From: Acidithiobacillus sp.
GTDB lineage: Bacteria; Pseudomonadota; Gammaproteobacteria; Acidithiobacillales; Acidithiobacillaceae
DNA: 64,000 nt
Assembly (NCBI GenBank): GCA_050251535.1
Contig: JBFWMO010000003.1
Location: forward strand, 9,768-73,767
Direction of reading: 5' to 3'
Shown: positions 8,179 to 16,409 of the stretch, piece by piece
How positions within the stretch are numbered: the stretch's first letter is position 1
How the letters are laid out: each line of letters begins with the position of its first letter
Notes under the pieces: generated by a model
Databases searched by the model: none
Told to the model about the DNA's origin: nothing
What the model saw: only the letters and a program-made list of their open reading frames with translations
Made by a program: the position numbers and the translations under genes

Positions 8179-8937
8179 ATGGACGCGATGTTGTTTCTGA
8201 TTTTTGTTGGGGGACTTCTTTGGATGGGGCAGTTCATCTGGTTTCCGGATGGTGACAAGCTACTTTCTTTGGTCTGTAAAGACCACCACCCGCCGGCAAG
8301 CCAGGAAGAAAAATGGGCAACGGAGCTGTACCGAGAGACTTTTGCGCCCAAAACCGGAGTTCGCTGGCTGGCGACATCGCTGGTCCTCAGCGGATGGGTA
8401 TCTTGGGTTTGCGTGTTTTTGGCAGCATCGCTGGTCTCCTTGGTCGCAGCGAATCTCCTTCCGAAAAATGCCATGATCGCCTGGTGTCTGATCATGGATT
8501 CCGCAGCCTATCTTGTGAGCATGGTGGCAATGTTGTTTCTGCTGGCACTGGAGACATGGCTGTTGCGACGAAAACACATCCCGTTGCGCCCCGGCGTGCG
8601 CAAGAAGGATTGGCTCGCATCCCATCCTTCTTCAGTAACCGCGTTTCTGAAAGGAAAACTGCCATGGTGGTTCTGGCTGGATTCCGGTCTCCCGGAAACC
8701 TTGTTGCGCTTCGTGGTATTTTTCGGTGGCTTTTTGGCATCTCTCGCAGCAATTCTGTACATGTCCCACGTCAACAACCCAGACATAATGACGGTCGCGA
8801 ACTTTTGGGAAGTATTCGTCTCTTGGGTGCTCGCTATTCTCTGCTTGCCACTCCCGATCACGATCTGGATGTCCTATATCGACTGGACACATCGGGATCG
8901 CGAGGTTTTGCTGCTGTGGGCGGCCAGACAGGGATAG
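8179..8937 (+). CDS. polytopic membrane protein, unknown function
   Basis: Internal ATG in ORF 8059..8937. It has multiple TM helices. Confidence 0.55.
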   Translation: MDAMLFLIFVGGLLWMGQFIWFPDGDKLLSLVCKDHHPPASQEEKWATELYRETFAPKTGVRWLATSLVLSGWVSWVCVFLAASLVSLVAANLLPKNAMIAWCLIMDSAAYLVSMVAMLFLLALETWLLRRKHIPLRPGVRKKDWLASHPSSVTAFLKGKLPWWFWLDSGLPETLLRFVVFFGGFLASLAAILYMSHVNNPDIMTVANFWEVFVSWVLAILCLPLPITIWMSYIDWTHRDREVLLLWAARQG

Positions 8938-9008
8938 TCAGTGGCAATTTCTGTGCTGTGTCCAGCCCGGAGCGGGAACCCCGCTTGCGCGTGGCCGGCG
9001 GACGGATG

Positions 9009-9878
9009 CTATAACTCAGGACCTTTCCGGGTGATTTTTGAGGGAGGTTGAGAGATCGGTTTTCTCTCCCTCACCTTTTCCTGCTGCATGGTCCTCGCAT
9101 TTTTTACGAGTTCCAGCGTCTCTTCCCAGAATCCCCTGCATAATTCCCGGAACCGCTCCCGCTGCGAGTTTTCCGGCAACTCATCCAGGCACGTCAATTC
9201 TGCGAGATGGGGGATCGTCTCCTGATATTCGGAGAGGGTCGCCAGGTAGGGGCGACGTGCTTCCGCCGGGACCACAATTGGCGGAAAGCCCGCTTTGAGA
9301 ACAGGCAGGTTCGCGAGCAGGCGCGCCAGGCGCCCATTCCCGTCAAAGAATGGATGAATGGTGACGAACTCCAGATGCAGATCGGCGTATTTCCCAGGCA
9401 GACACCTGTCTCCATCCGCTTGCTGTAGTGGAGCATTCAGGTGCTCCAGCCATTCCGTTACAAGTTGCGGAATGTGCTGGGGGTGCGGGTATTCTCGCCA
9501 GTGCTGTTTGCCATCCTGCCCAACGTAGCTGGTAAAGTTTGGCTCGTTCTTCCACTTGCCAATAGGGCGGTAGATGTCCACAACGACATCCGTTTGCACG
9601 GCGCGGTGCAGATCGAACAGGTCCTGCGCCAGGATTTTGCGATGGCTCTCCAGCAATCCGTAAATCAGATCGATGGCGCGAGCGTGTCCGACCACTTCCT
9701 GATGATCCTTCAGTGACTTGCCGCTAATGGTCAGACCTTCTTCCAGAAGAAAAGCGGTGTCTCCCAGGGAAAGCTGATTCCCTTCCAGGGCGGTCGATGT
9801 ATGTGACCAGAGATTGCGAATCTGGGAAAGCAGAATATCGCGGACATCCGGATCCAGGTTGTCAGTAAAACGGGGCAT
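9009..9878 (-). CDS. Fic family protein (AMPylase-type) with an N-terminal inhibitory motif and a C-terminal TRKGPEL tail
   Basis: Fic motif HPFFDGNGRLAR. It also has an S-x-x-x-E-G motif (STALEGNQ) near the N-terminus. The start is placed at the internal ATG (MPRFTDNL). Confidence 0.9.
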   Translation of the reverse strand: MPRFTDNLDPDVRDILLSQIRNLWSHTSTALEGNQLSLGDTAFLLEEGLTISGKSLKDHQEVVGHARAIDLIYGLLESHRKILAQDLFDLHRAVQTDVVVDIYRPIGKWKNEPNFTSYVGQDGKQHWREYPHPQHIPQLVTEWLEHLNAPLQQADGDRCLPGKYADLHLEFVTIHPFFDGNGRLARLLANLPVLKAGFPPIVVPAEARRPYLATLSEYQETIPHLAELTCLDELPENSQRERFRELCRGFWEETLELVKNARTMQQEKVRERKPISQPPSKITRKGPEL

Positions 9879-10025
9879 GCCAGGATTCCCCAAAAGAAAA
9901 TTGCACTGCGAATGATAGCACGGGACTGGACTGCGGCAATTTTCTTGCCAGGGTTGGCATTCTCCTCGCTCTGGCAACGCGCGCAGGCGAAGTTCCGTGC
10001 TCAGGCCCTATCTCCAGACCTCTTG

Positions 10026-10036
10026 GTCTATACCCC
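10026..10036 (+). promoter_or_regulatory. GTCTATACCCC motif copy upstream of trbF
   Basis: Lies 30 nt upstream of the ATG at 10067. It marks the restart of the trb operon after the cargo block. Confidence 0.4.
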
Positions 10037-10066
10037 TTCATCGGACTGGTTTGGAGAGGTTTATCG

Positions 10067-10738
10067 ATGGCGGGAAAACCTGATTACCTGGCGGCACGCC
10101 GGGAGTGGCTGGAGCGGTACGGGGATTACATCCAGCAGGCGAAAAACTGGCGAACGATGGCCTTTGGCTCCATCGCCATAGCCGCACTTTTCGGGGCGGG
10201 GATGGTGTACGAAGCCGACCGCGTTCATGTCGTTCCTTATGTCGTCGAAGTCAACAAGCTGGGACAGTCGGTAGAGCTGGCCCAGGCCGTGAAAGCGGGA
10301 GCGTTTGCGCAGCCCGTGGTGCGACACATCATCTCCCGCTTCGTCTGGCTCCTGTTTACCCAGACGCCCGACCTGAACGTGCAAAAAACCTTCGTCCACG
10401 AAAGCTATAACTATGTCGCGTCCATCGCGCAATCGCCGCTGGATGCGTTCTATCAGCGGCGGAATCCATACGCATCGTATGCCAACAAAACGCAGGGGCA
10501 CACGGTTACGATCGAAAGCGCGGAGCCTGTAGGCGACGTTACATCCAAAGGTGGATCGTACATTGTCGATTTCCGCGTCAAGAGCTATGGGCCGCATGGC
10601 AATCTCGATGGCGTAGTCAACTACCAGGGAACCATCAGCTATGCGACGGTTGCGCCGTCGAATAACCCGAACGTCCTGGAGGGGAACCCATTCGGGATCT
10701 ACATCACCCATTTTGCGTTTAGTCGTCAGCTTGGTTAA
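10067..10738 (+). CDS. trbF: conjugal transfer protein TrbF (VirB8-like)
   Basis: N-terminal TM anchor (MAFGSIAIAALFGAGMV). Its size and its position before trbG fit TrbF. Confidence 0.8.
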   Translation: MAGKPDYLAARREWLERYGDYIQQAKNWRTMAFGSIAIAALFGAGMVYEADRVHVVPYVVEVNKLGQSVELAQAVKAGAFAQPVVRHIISRFVWLLFTQTPDLNVQKTFVHESYNYVASIAQSPLDAFYQRRNPYASYANKTQGHTVTIESAEPVGDVTSKGGSYIVDFRVKSYGPHGNLDGVVNYQGTISYATVAPSNNPNVLEGNPFGIYITHFAFSRQLG

Positions 10739-10747
10739 GGGGGGGGC

Positions 10748-11872
10748 ATGAACCAGAAAAGCATCATGGTTGCCGCGCTATTGGCCACGACGCCCTGTCT
10801 CGCAGTCGCAGGCGTGGATACACAGGGATTGCCGCCAGTCCATCCCATTTCGTCTGGCCTGGCAGGGAAACCTGTTCCGCCAACGACGGGATTGGCCCCG
10901 GTCGCAGTGGGAGCCGCGCCAACGGCATCGGCAAAATCTCAACGACCCAGATACGTCGTACCCATCATTCATGCGGGGGGCGCCCCCGATGCTGCAAAGG
11001 TCTGGAAGCAGGCCATCGCCACTCCACCAGAAGGCGTCGAGTCCGCATCCACCAGGAAACTCGCGGAGCAGGCTTTGACAGCGTCCAGGGCCGCAGACAA
11101 AACCTTGCCTGTCGTCAAAGGGCAGGATGGCGGGATAATCAGCCTGGGCGGGCGCCCGGTCCTGGTTTGTTCGCCTCTGCATACCTGCGCTATCGAACTC
11201 CCTCGCGGTGTGCAGCCTGTGGTAACAGTTGGGGTGAGCAAATCTGAATGGTCGGTGCAGCAGGCCATGGTGGGAGATCAGGGAGAAGTGTTTGTCAGTC
11301 CCAAATTCGCGGGTCTGCACGAAAACATCATCATCGCAGGAACCGTAGAGGAAAAGCCGGTCAACTTCAATATCCGCCTGGTGTCTGACGCGAACCGATA
11401 CATACCCTATTTGCGGATCGCCGGGAGCGGCGAGCTTGTTCACCAATGGGGGGGCGCTGACAAGGCCGGGGGGTTCAGCCCGGCAACGTCAGACCTTTCC
11501 GGCCCAGGGCACAAAGCCAAAGAGCCTGCAGTTCTGCCTTTGCCAAATATCGATCTGGCAAAGGGTGTCAACAAAAACTGGTCCATTCAGTGCGGCGGCG
11601 GGGGGTGGTTCTCGTCAAGCGATTGCCAACCGATCAAACCGCTGCAAGTGTATGACGACGGCACACACACGTTCATCGAAATGCCTGGCGGTCTGGCGTC
11701 TCATGGTGGTTTCCCGATTCTACAGGCGAAGAACACCAGTGGGCATCTGATCGGGGTCAATACGCAAATTCGCGGCAACACGTATGTTGTTGACTCCGTT
11801 CCTGCGGAGATCACGCTTCGGGCGGGGTCGGAGGTTGCGATTATTCGTCGGAGGAGTGGGGGGCATCAATGA
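10748..11872 (+). CDS. trbG: conjugal transfer protein TrbG (VirB9-like)
   Basis: Has a signal peptide. The C-terminal block LQVYDDGTHTFIEMPGG...NTYVVDSVPAEITLRAGSEVAIIRR is typical of VirB9/TrbG. Confidence 0.85.
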   Translation: MNQKSIMVAALLATTPCLAVAGVDTQGLPPVHPISSGLAGKPVPPTTGLAPVAVGAAPTASAKSQRPRYVVPIIHAGGAPDAAKVWKQAIATPPEGVESASTRKLAEQALTASRAADKTLPVVKGQDGGIISLGGRPVLVCSPLHTCAIELPRGVQPVVTVGVSKSEWSVQQAMVGDQGEVFVSPKFAGLHENIIIAGTVEEKPVNFNIRLVSDANRYIPYLRIAGSGELVHQWGGADKAGGFSPATSDLSGPGHKAKEPAVLPLPNIDLAKGVNKNWSIQCGGGGWFSSSDCQPIKPLQVYDDGTHTFIEMPGGLASHGGFPILQAKNTSGHLIGVNTQIRGNTYVVDSVPAEITLRAGSEVAIIRRRSGGHQ

Positions 11873-12780
11873 ACATGGGGCAAATAAAATTGGGTACGTT
11901 CGTGAACCTGAAAAAGCTGGTGCCAGCCATCATCGCGCTGCCTTGTGTTTCCATCGCCAGCCCGTCCGGGCATTGGGAGAACACGGCTCAGGCGTGGTCA
12001 TCGCATGGTGCGGTGCGTGTCGAGCATCTGAAACAGGCAGAGAGAGACACACTGGCCGCGTATGCGAACGGGCATATCCGGAACTTGCCGATTCTCGCGA
12101 ATTACGCGGGCACCATGGCCTACCCATACGGGCAGATCACCCCGCTCCTGCAGACCATGCCGGGTGTCTTTTCCCAGGTCATCCTGGGTAAAGGCGTGCA
12201 TCCGGTGTCCATGGTAGGCGCGCCTGGATCGGAATGGGTGACGAACACCCACTTTGCTGCAGGGCATCCAGTGCTGGAAATCATGCCCCTACACGTGGGC
12301 CTGCATGCCAACGTGCAGATCAGCGCGGAAAGCCCTCACGGGCACCTGCTGACGTACACCATCGGCCTTGTCAGCGGCAATGGCACATACACGCCGACCC
12401 TCACTTTTTACCGAGAGCCGGCATATCACAAGCCAAGCATTCAGGAGGTAGCCAGGCTGGCCGCGCAGGAGGCCCTGAATCCGATCGCCAATGCCACAGA
12501 GGTAAGTACGGACTGGAAAGTGAGCTGCTACAACGGGGACTGCTCGGGGATTACCCCGATCTCGGTGCTGAACTCCAAAACGGCGACCTTCCTCAAGCTC
12601 CCCGCTGGAGCCAATCCGATGGTACTGGTGCGAGAGAAAGACGGGCTGTCCGTGCTGGTTCACACCCAGATGAACGGCGACACACTGGTCGTCGGGGCTG
12701 TCCCGTACCGGATTGACCTGATGAGCCATGGGAAAGGCGGCAACATCAACCTGGTCCGGGTGACGCGGGGGGAACCATGA
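11869..12780 (+). CDS. second VirB9/TrbG-like paralogue (occupies the usual trbH slot)
   Basis: ISVLNSKTATFLKLPAG...GDTLVVGAVPYRIDLMSHGKGGNINLVRVTRG aligns with the C-terminus of the upstream TrbG. It has ATGA-type overlaps on both sides. Confidence 0.6.
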   Translation: MNMGQIKLGTFVNLKKLVPAIIALPCVSIASPSGHWENTAQAWSSHGAVRVEHLKQAERDTLAAYANGHIRNLPILANYAGTMAYPYGQITPLLQTMPGVFSQVILGKGVHPVSMVGAPGSEWVTNTHFAAGHPVLEIMPLHVGLHANVQISAESPHGHLLTYTIGLVSGNGTYTPTLTFYREPAYHKPSIQEVARLAAQEALNPIANATEVSTDWKVSCYNGDCSGITPISVLNSKTATFLKLPAGANPMVLVREKDGLSVLVHTQMNGDTLVVGAVPYRIDLMSHGKGGNINLVRVTRGEP

Positions 12781-14117
12781 AAAGCGGAAAGGAGATGTTC
12801 TCCACCTTGTTTGGCAAGAGTGGAGCGAAAGAGAACAACGCAAGTTCTCAGGCTGCGCCGGACAGTTCTGCCGGCCCCAGGAGCGCGAGCGGCATTGACA
12901 TCAAGCCGTCCGGCGACGCAAAGGCCACCCGCATCCGGAAAACGCCCCTGATTGTCGGCATGGTAGTCATCGGTGTTGGCGGATACGCAGCGGTTGAGTA
13001 TATGCAGGGCCACAACTTCTTTTCCGGCGGCACGCAAGCCGGGCAAAGCGTAACGATCCAGCCCGCGAAAAACCCGCAAGGGCCGGGCATACCAAAATCC
13101 GAAAAGAAGCCATTGGCAAAGCCCAAAGCGCCTGTTGGATCGACTGCATCCTCTGCGTCTGAACCGGCAGATGGGCAAGGGGGCTCCCCAGCCAGTTCCG
13201 CCCCGCAAAATGGCGTTCCAAAGAAAAACCCTTACGCAGCGCAAGACGCGGCTTTCCAGGCAAGCATCGGCGGCGGATCAAGCGGCGGGAGTGGAGACAG
13301 CAGTCTGACATGGAAACAGCCACAGTCATCCGCGCCGACTGCAACGGAAAACCACCCGTCTTCGCAAATTGCGGCGATGCTACGATCCGCGCAGTCGGGT
13401 GCCGACAGGCAGAGCGGGAAAAAGAAGCCGGTTATGCCGCTGGTGACGCGGGAAACCAGCCCCTATGAGTTGCTGCAGGGTGCGGTGATTCCTGCGGTGT
13501 TGTCCGTTGGCATCAAAAGCTACCTGCCTGGAGAAATCAGCGCAGTCGTCAGCCGTGATGTGTACTCCAGCGTCAACGGAGCAACGCTGTTGATCCCGGC
13601 TGGCAGCAAACTGGTGGGCACTTATAACACCAAAACGGCGCTGGGCATCAACCGTCTACAGGTGGCGTGGACGCGAATCGAGTATCCCAACGGCACCTAC
13701 ATGAACCTGCCGGGCTATGAAGGGGCGGGAGGCTCCGGATACGCCGGATTTGCGGGGGAGGTGAACAACCATACCTGGCTCGTGTTCAAAAATGCGTTGC
13801 TGCTCTCGATTGTGAACGTGGGCATGGCAATTGCGAGCCCTACCAGCACGTCGAGCAATACCACCGGAGTAACAGGCAATCAGGCGCTGCAGGACGGAGA
13901 ACAAAGCCTCGCCCAGACCTTCGGACAGGCGGAGTCGCAGCTATTGCAGAAGTACATCGACATCGCCCCAACCATCACGATTCAGCCAGGGTATCTGTTC
14001 AACGTTGTCGTGACGAAAGACATGGTTTTCCCTGGCCCATACAACTCCGCGATGCAAACGGGTAGCGGCGCGGTGCATCCGGCGCTTCCATCTGCCGACA
14101 ACCCATACGGAGGCTGA
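12777..14117 (+). CDS. trbI: conjugal transfer protein TrbI (VirB10-like)
   Basis: TM anchor, then a Pro/Ser/Gly-rich linker. The C-terminal domain (GAVIPAVLSVGI...PAGSKLVGTYN...RLQVAWTRIEYPNG...TITIQPGYLFNVVV) fits VirB10. Confidence 0.85.
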   Translation: MKSGKEMFSTLFGKSGAKENNASSQAAPDSSAGPRSASGIDIKPSGDAKATRIRKTPLIVGMVVIGVGGYAAVEYMQGHNFFSGGTQAGQSVTIQPAKNPQGPGIPKSEKKPLAKPKAPVGSTASSASEPADGQGGSPASSAPQNGVPKKNPYAAQDAAFQASIGGGSSGGSGDSSLTWKQPQSSAPTATENHPSSQIAAMLRSAQSGADRQSGKKKPVMPLVTRETSPYELLQGAVIPAVLSVGIKSYLPGEISAVVSRDVYSSVNGATLLIPAGSKLVGTYNTKTALGINRLQVAWTRIEYPNGTYMNLPGYEGAGGSGYAGFAGEVNNHTWLVFKNALLLSIVNVGMAIASPTSTSSNTTGVTGNQALQDGEQSLAQTFGQAESQLLQKYIDIAPTITIQPGYLFNVVVTKDMVFPGPYNSAMQTGSGAVHPALPSADNPYGG

Positions 14118-14118
14118 C

Positions 14119-14400
14119 ATGCGCGGAAACATTATCGTACGCAGCGAATCTGATGAGGGATGGGGGCTGCCCCCAGATGCGCGGACAGAAATCCTGACCC
14201 GAGAACTGCGCGCAATGTCGGACGCTGAACTGCGTGCCATGGCTGCGCGCAGGGAGAAGCAGCGCCCTGGGCGGCGGCTTCGCCCGGTCTCCATCACGCT
14301 GCCAGCGGATGTGCTGGAACGGCTACAGCAACTCAGCGGATCTCACCTGAGCGTGTCCGCGCTCGTGGACCGAATTTTTTCTTCGCAGGGAAAGCCCTGA
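14119..14400 (+). CDS. ribbon-helix-helix (CopG-like) small protein
   Basis: RPVSITLPADVLERLQQLS...SVSALVDRI fits an RHH beta-alpha-alpha pattern. Confidence 0.55.
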   Translation: MRGNIIVRSESDEGWGLPPDARTEILTRELRAMSDAELRAMAARREKQRPGRRLRPVSITLPADVLERLQQLSGSHLSVSALVDRIFSSQGKP

Positions 14401-14999
14401 TGAATGACGCTCTTGCCGTAGTTTTTGATCTGGATGGCGTGCTGCTCAATTTTGAGCGGGCGTGGCGAGAATGCGCGGAACAGGTGTTGCGGAAACAGGT
14501 GAGGCGCATTTCCGACAAATATCCTCTGCTGGATCGTTATGGATTGTCTCGCCACGACTGCAATCGGGTCTGGGCAGAATTTCATGAGGACTGGTGGGAC
14601 CGCGTGCCACTCTATGAGCATGTCCCACAGATCCTTGCCGAGCTGGAAGACATGGGGGCAGAAGTCTGGGCGGTGACGAATGTCGATGTCCGACACCGGG
14701 ACGCCAGAACCATCTCTCTGGGTGGCCTGATACCGTTTGCCCGGATTTTCTGCCTGGGGGAAAACGCCCCCCCGCAGGAACGCAGGGACATGCTTCGGTG
14801 CATCCGCGCGAAGGCATTCGTTGATGACCGGATTGAGAATCTACATGCCGTTACAAACGAAATTCCACTAGCGGTCCACCTGAACCGTGGGTATTTGGGC
14901 ATGGAGTCGCCAGGAGACGGCATAACCGTCATCGACGATTTGCGAGATTTTCCGGAAATCGTCAGAGGTATTCAAAGGGGAGGGGGAGGCGCAGGCTAA
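14400..14999 (+). CDS. HAD-superfamily hydrolase
   Basis: Motif I VVFDLDGVLLN. It also has a distal acidic motif (AFVDDRIEN). Confidence 0.7.
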   Translation: MNDALAVVFDLDGVLLNFERAWRECAEQVLRKQVRRISDKYPLLDRYGLSRHDCNRVWAEFHEDWWDRVPLYEHVPQILAELEDMGAEVWAVTNVDVRHRDARTISLGGLIPFARIFCLGENAPPQERRDMLRCIRAKAFVDDRIENLHAVTNEIPLAVHLNRGYLGMESPGDGITVIDDLRDFPEIVRGIQRGGGGAG

Positions 15000-15001
15000 G
15001 A

Positions 15002-15844
15002 ATGCTCTGGTACCTCATCCTCTGCTTTCCTCACGCAGCCCTCCAAGGCACTCTATGGCCTTTCATTGGATTCTTGGGGGTGCTATCGATGTGGGGAGTC
15101 AGCACATTCCGGCGATGGCGGTCCGAGTGGGCTGAGTATTGGTTGTGGGCGATGTCGTGGCCCATATTGCTGTATTTGGATACCTTTGGGAAAGACAAGC
15201 CGGAATTGGAAACCAACGAGGATTGGGCGCGGTGGGCAAAGAAATATTGGCAATTGCGATATATGTCTCACTGTTGCAGAACGGGGTGGTGGATAAATCT
15301 GTTCTTCGCCATCCTCACATCCGGAATTCTGCTGTACACCGTCTCCTGGGGAATCTTCCACCCGGAAGATCGCTTGCCGGACATCCTGGTTTATGTCGCA
15401 TCCGGCATTTATGTATTCACGCTGTTTGTCTGGAGTGGCTGGGCAAGCCGGATACCGCCCAAGGATATATTGCTTTGCAATGCCTGTAATATCTCGTCAA
15501 ACCATCTATACGATATACTGCAAAAGTTTCCGGAAATAAAAAACGGTCCAGCACCGGGATGGACACATCCAACCCGTAGGCTGGTCCTGCGCAAAGAATT
15601 TTTGCGCTATCTCTTTTCGCTTTTGCCCGTCCTCTTCGTGTTGCTGGAACAGGAGTTTGATAGCGGGTGGCTGGTTCTCAGCGGACTGATTGCGCTTTTC
15701 GTTTTCTGGCATGTGTGGGGAGCACTGGCCCGGCTTTCCTATCCCCTGGTGCGATACCGATTGCCTGTGGAGGGTCCAGATGAATTTTGTGTTCGCGTGT
15801 TTCGTGATGACCTGGAAGAAGTCTGCCGAGGAAGCCAAAAATGA
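15002..15844 (+). CDS. polytopic membrane protein, unknown function
   Basis: Has several TM helices and is coupled to flanking genes by overlaps. Confidence 0.5.
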   Translation: MLWYLILCFPHAALQGTLWPFIGFLGVLSMWGVSTFRRWRSEWAEYWLWAMSWPILLYLDTFGKDKPELETNEDWARWAKKYWQLRYMSHCCRTGWWINLFFAILTSGILLYTVSWGIFHPEDRLPDILVYVASGIYVFTLFVWSGWASRIPPKDILLCNACNISSNHLYDILQKFPEIKNGPAPGWTHPTRRLVLRKEFLRYLFSLLPVLFVLLEQEFDSGWLVLSGLIALFVFWHVWGALARLSYPLVRYRLPVEGPDEFCVRVFRDDLEEVCRGSQK

Positions 15845-16374
15845 TACCAATCCACCATCTTCTGTCTGAATGCGCGCCACTGGTTGCCCCGGCAACGATG
15901 GCCGCTATCGTCCGGGTGGAGTCCGGAGGCAATCCGCTGGCGATGTACAACAACGCAACCAGGCAGACCATTCTGCCGTCGGGCCTTGCCCAAGCGCGAG
16001 CCTATCTGTCGAAGGCAATAGCCGCCGGGCAAAAAGTGGATGTTGGCCTGGCGCAAGTCGATACCGAAAATTTTGCACAATACGGATTGAATGGGAACAA
16101 CGCATTCAACGCCTGCGCCAACCTGCGCGTCGGGTCGCAGATATTGGCCGCGGACTATTTCAAAGCTGCGCGCCGGTATGGGGTGGGACAACAGGCACTG
16201 TTCCATGCGTTTGAGGCATACAACTCAGGTCGGCTGCGCGGCGATTCACCCTATGCCCTGAAAATACTGTCAGCGGCGGGGGCGCCCGCGTTGGTCCCCG
16301 TGACCTATCAGCAACGAGAGAGCCCCGTATTTTCTCCCTGGGTAGGGACAGCGGGATGGACGGTTTTGCCGTGA
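15841..16374 (+). CDS. lytic transglycosylase (VirB1-like, SLT domain)
   Basis: MAAIVRVESGGNPLAM contains the catalytic Glu-Ser context. GLAQV is also present. Confidence 0.85.
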   Translation: MIPIHHLLSECAPLVAPATMAAIVRVESGGNPLAMYNNATRQTILPSGLAQARAYLSKAIAAGQKVDVGLAQVDTENFAQYGLNGNNAFNACANLRVGSQILAADYFKAARRYGVGQQALFHAFEAYNSGRLRGDSPYALKILSAAGAPALVPVTYQQRESPVFSPWVGTAGWTVLP

Positions 16375-16409
16375 CAGTATTTCTTCGTTAGCGTAAGGAG
16401 GTTTCTCCC

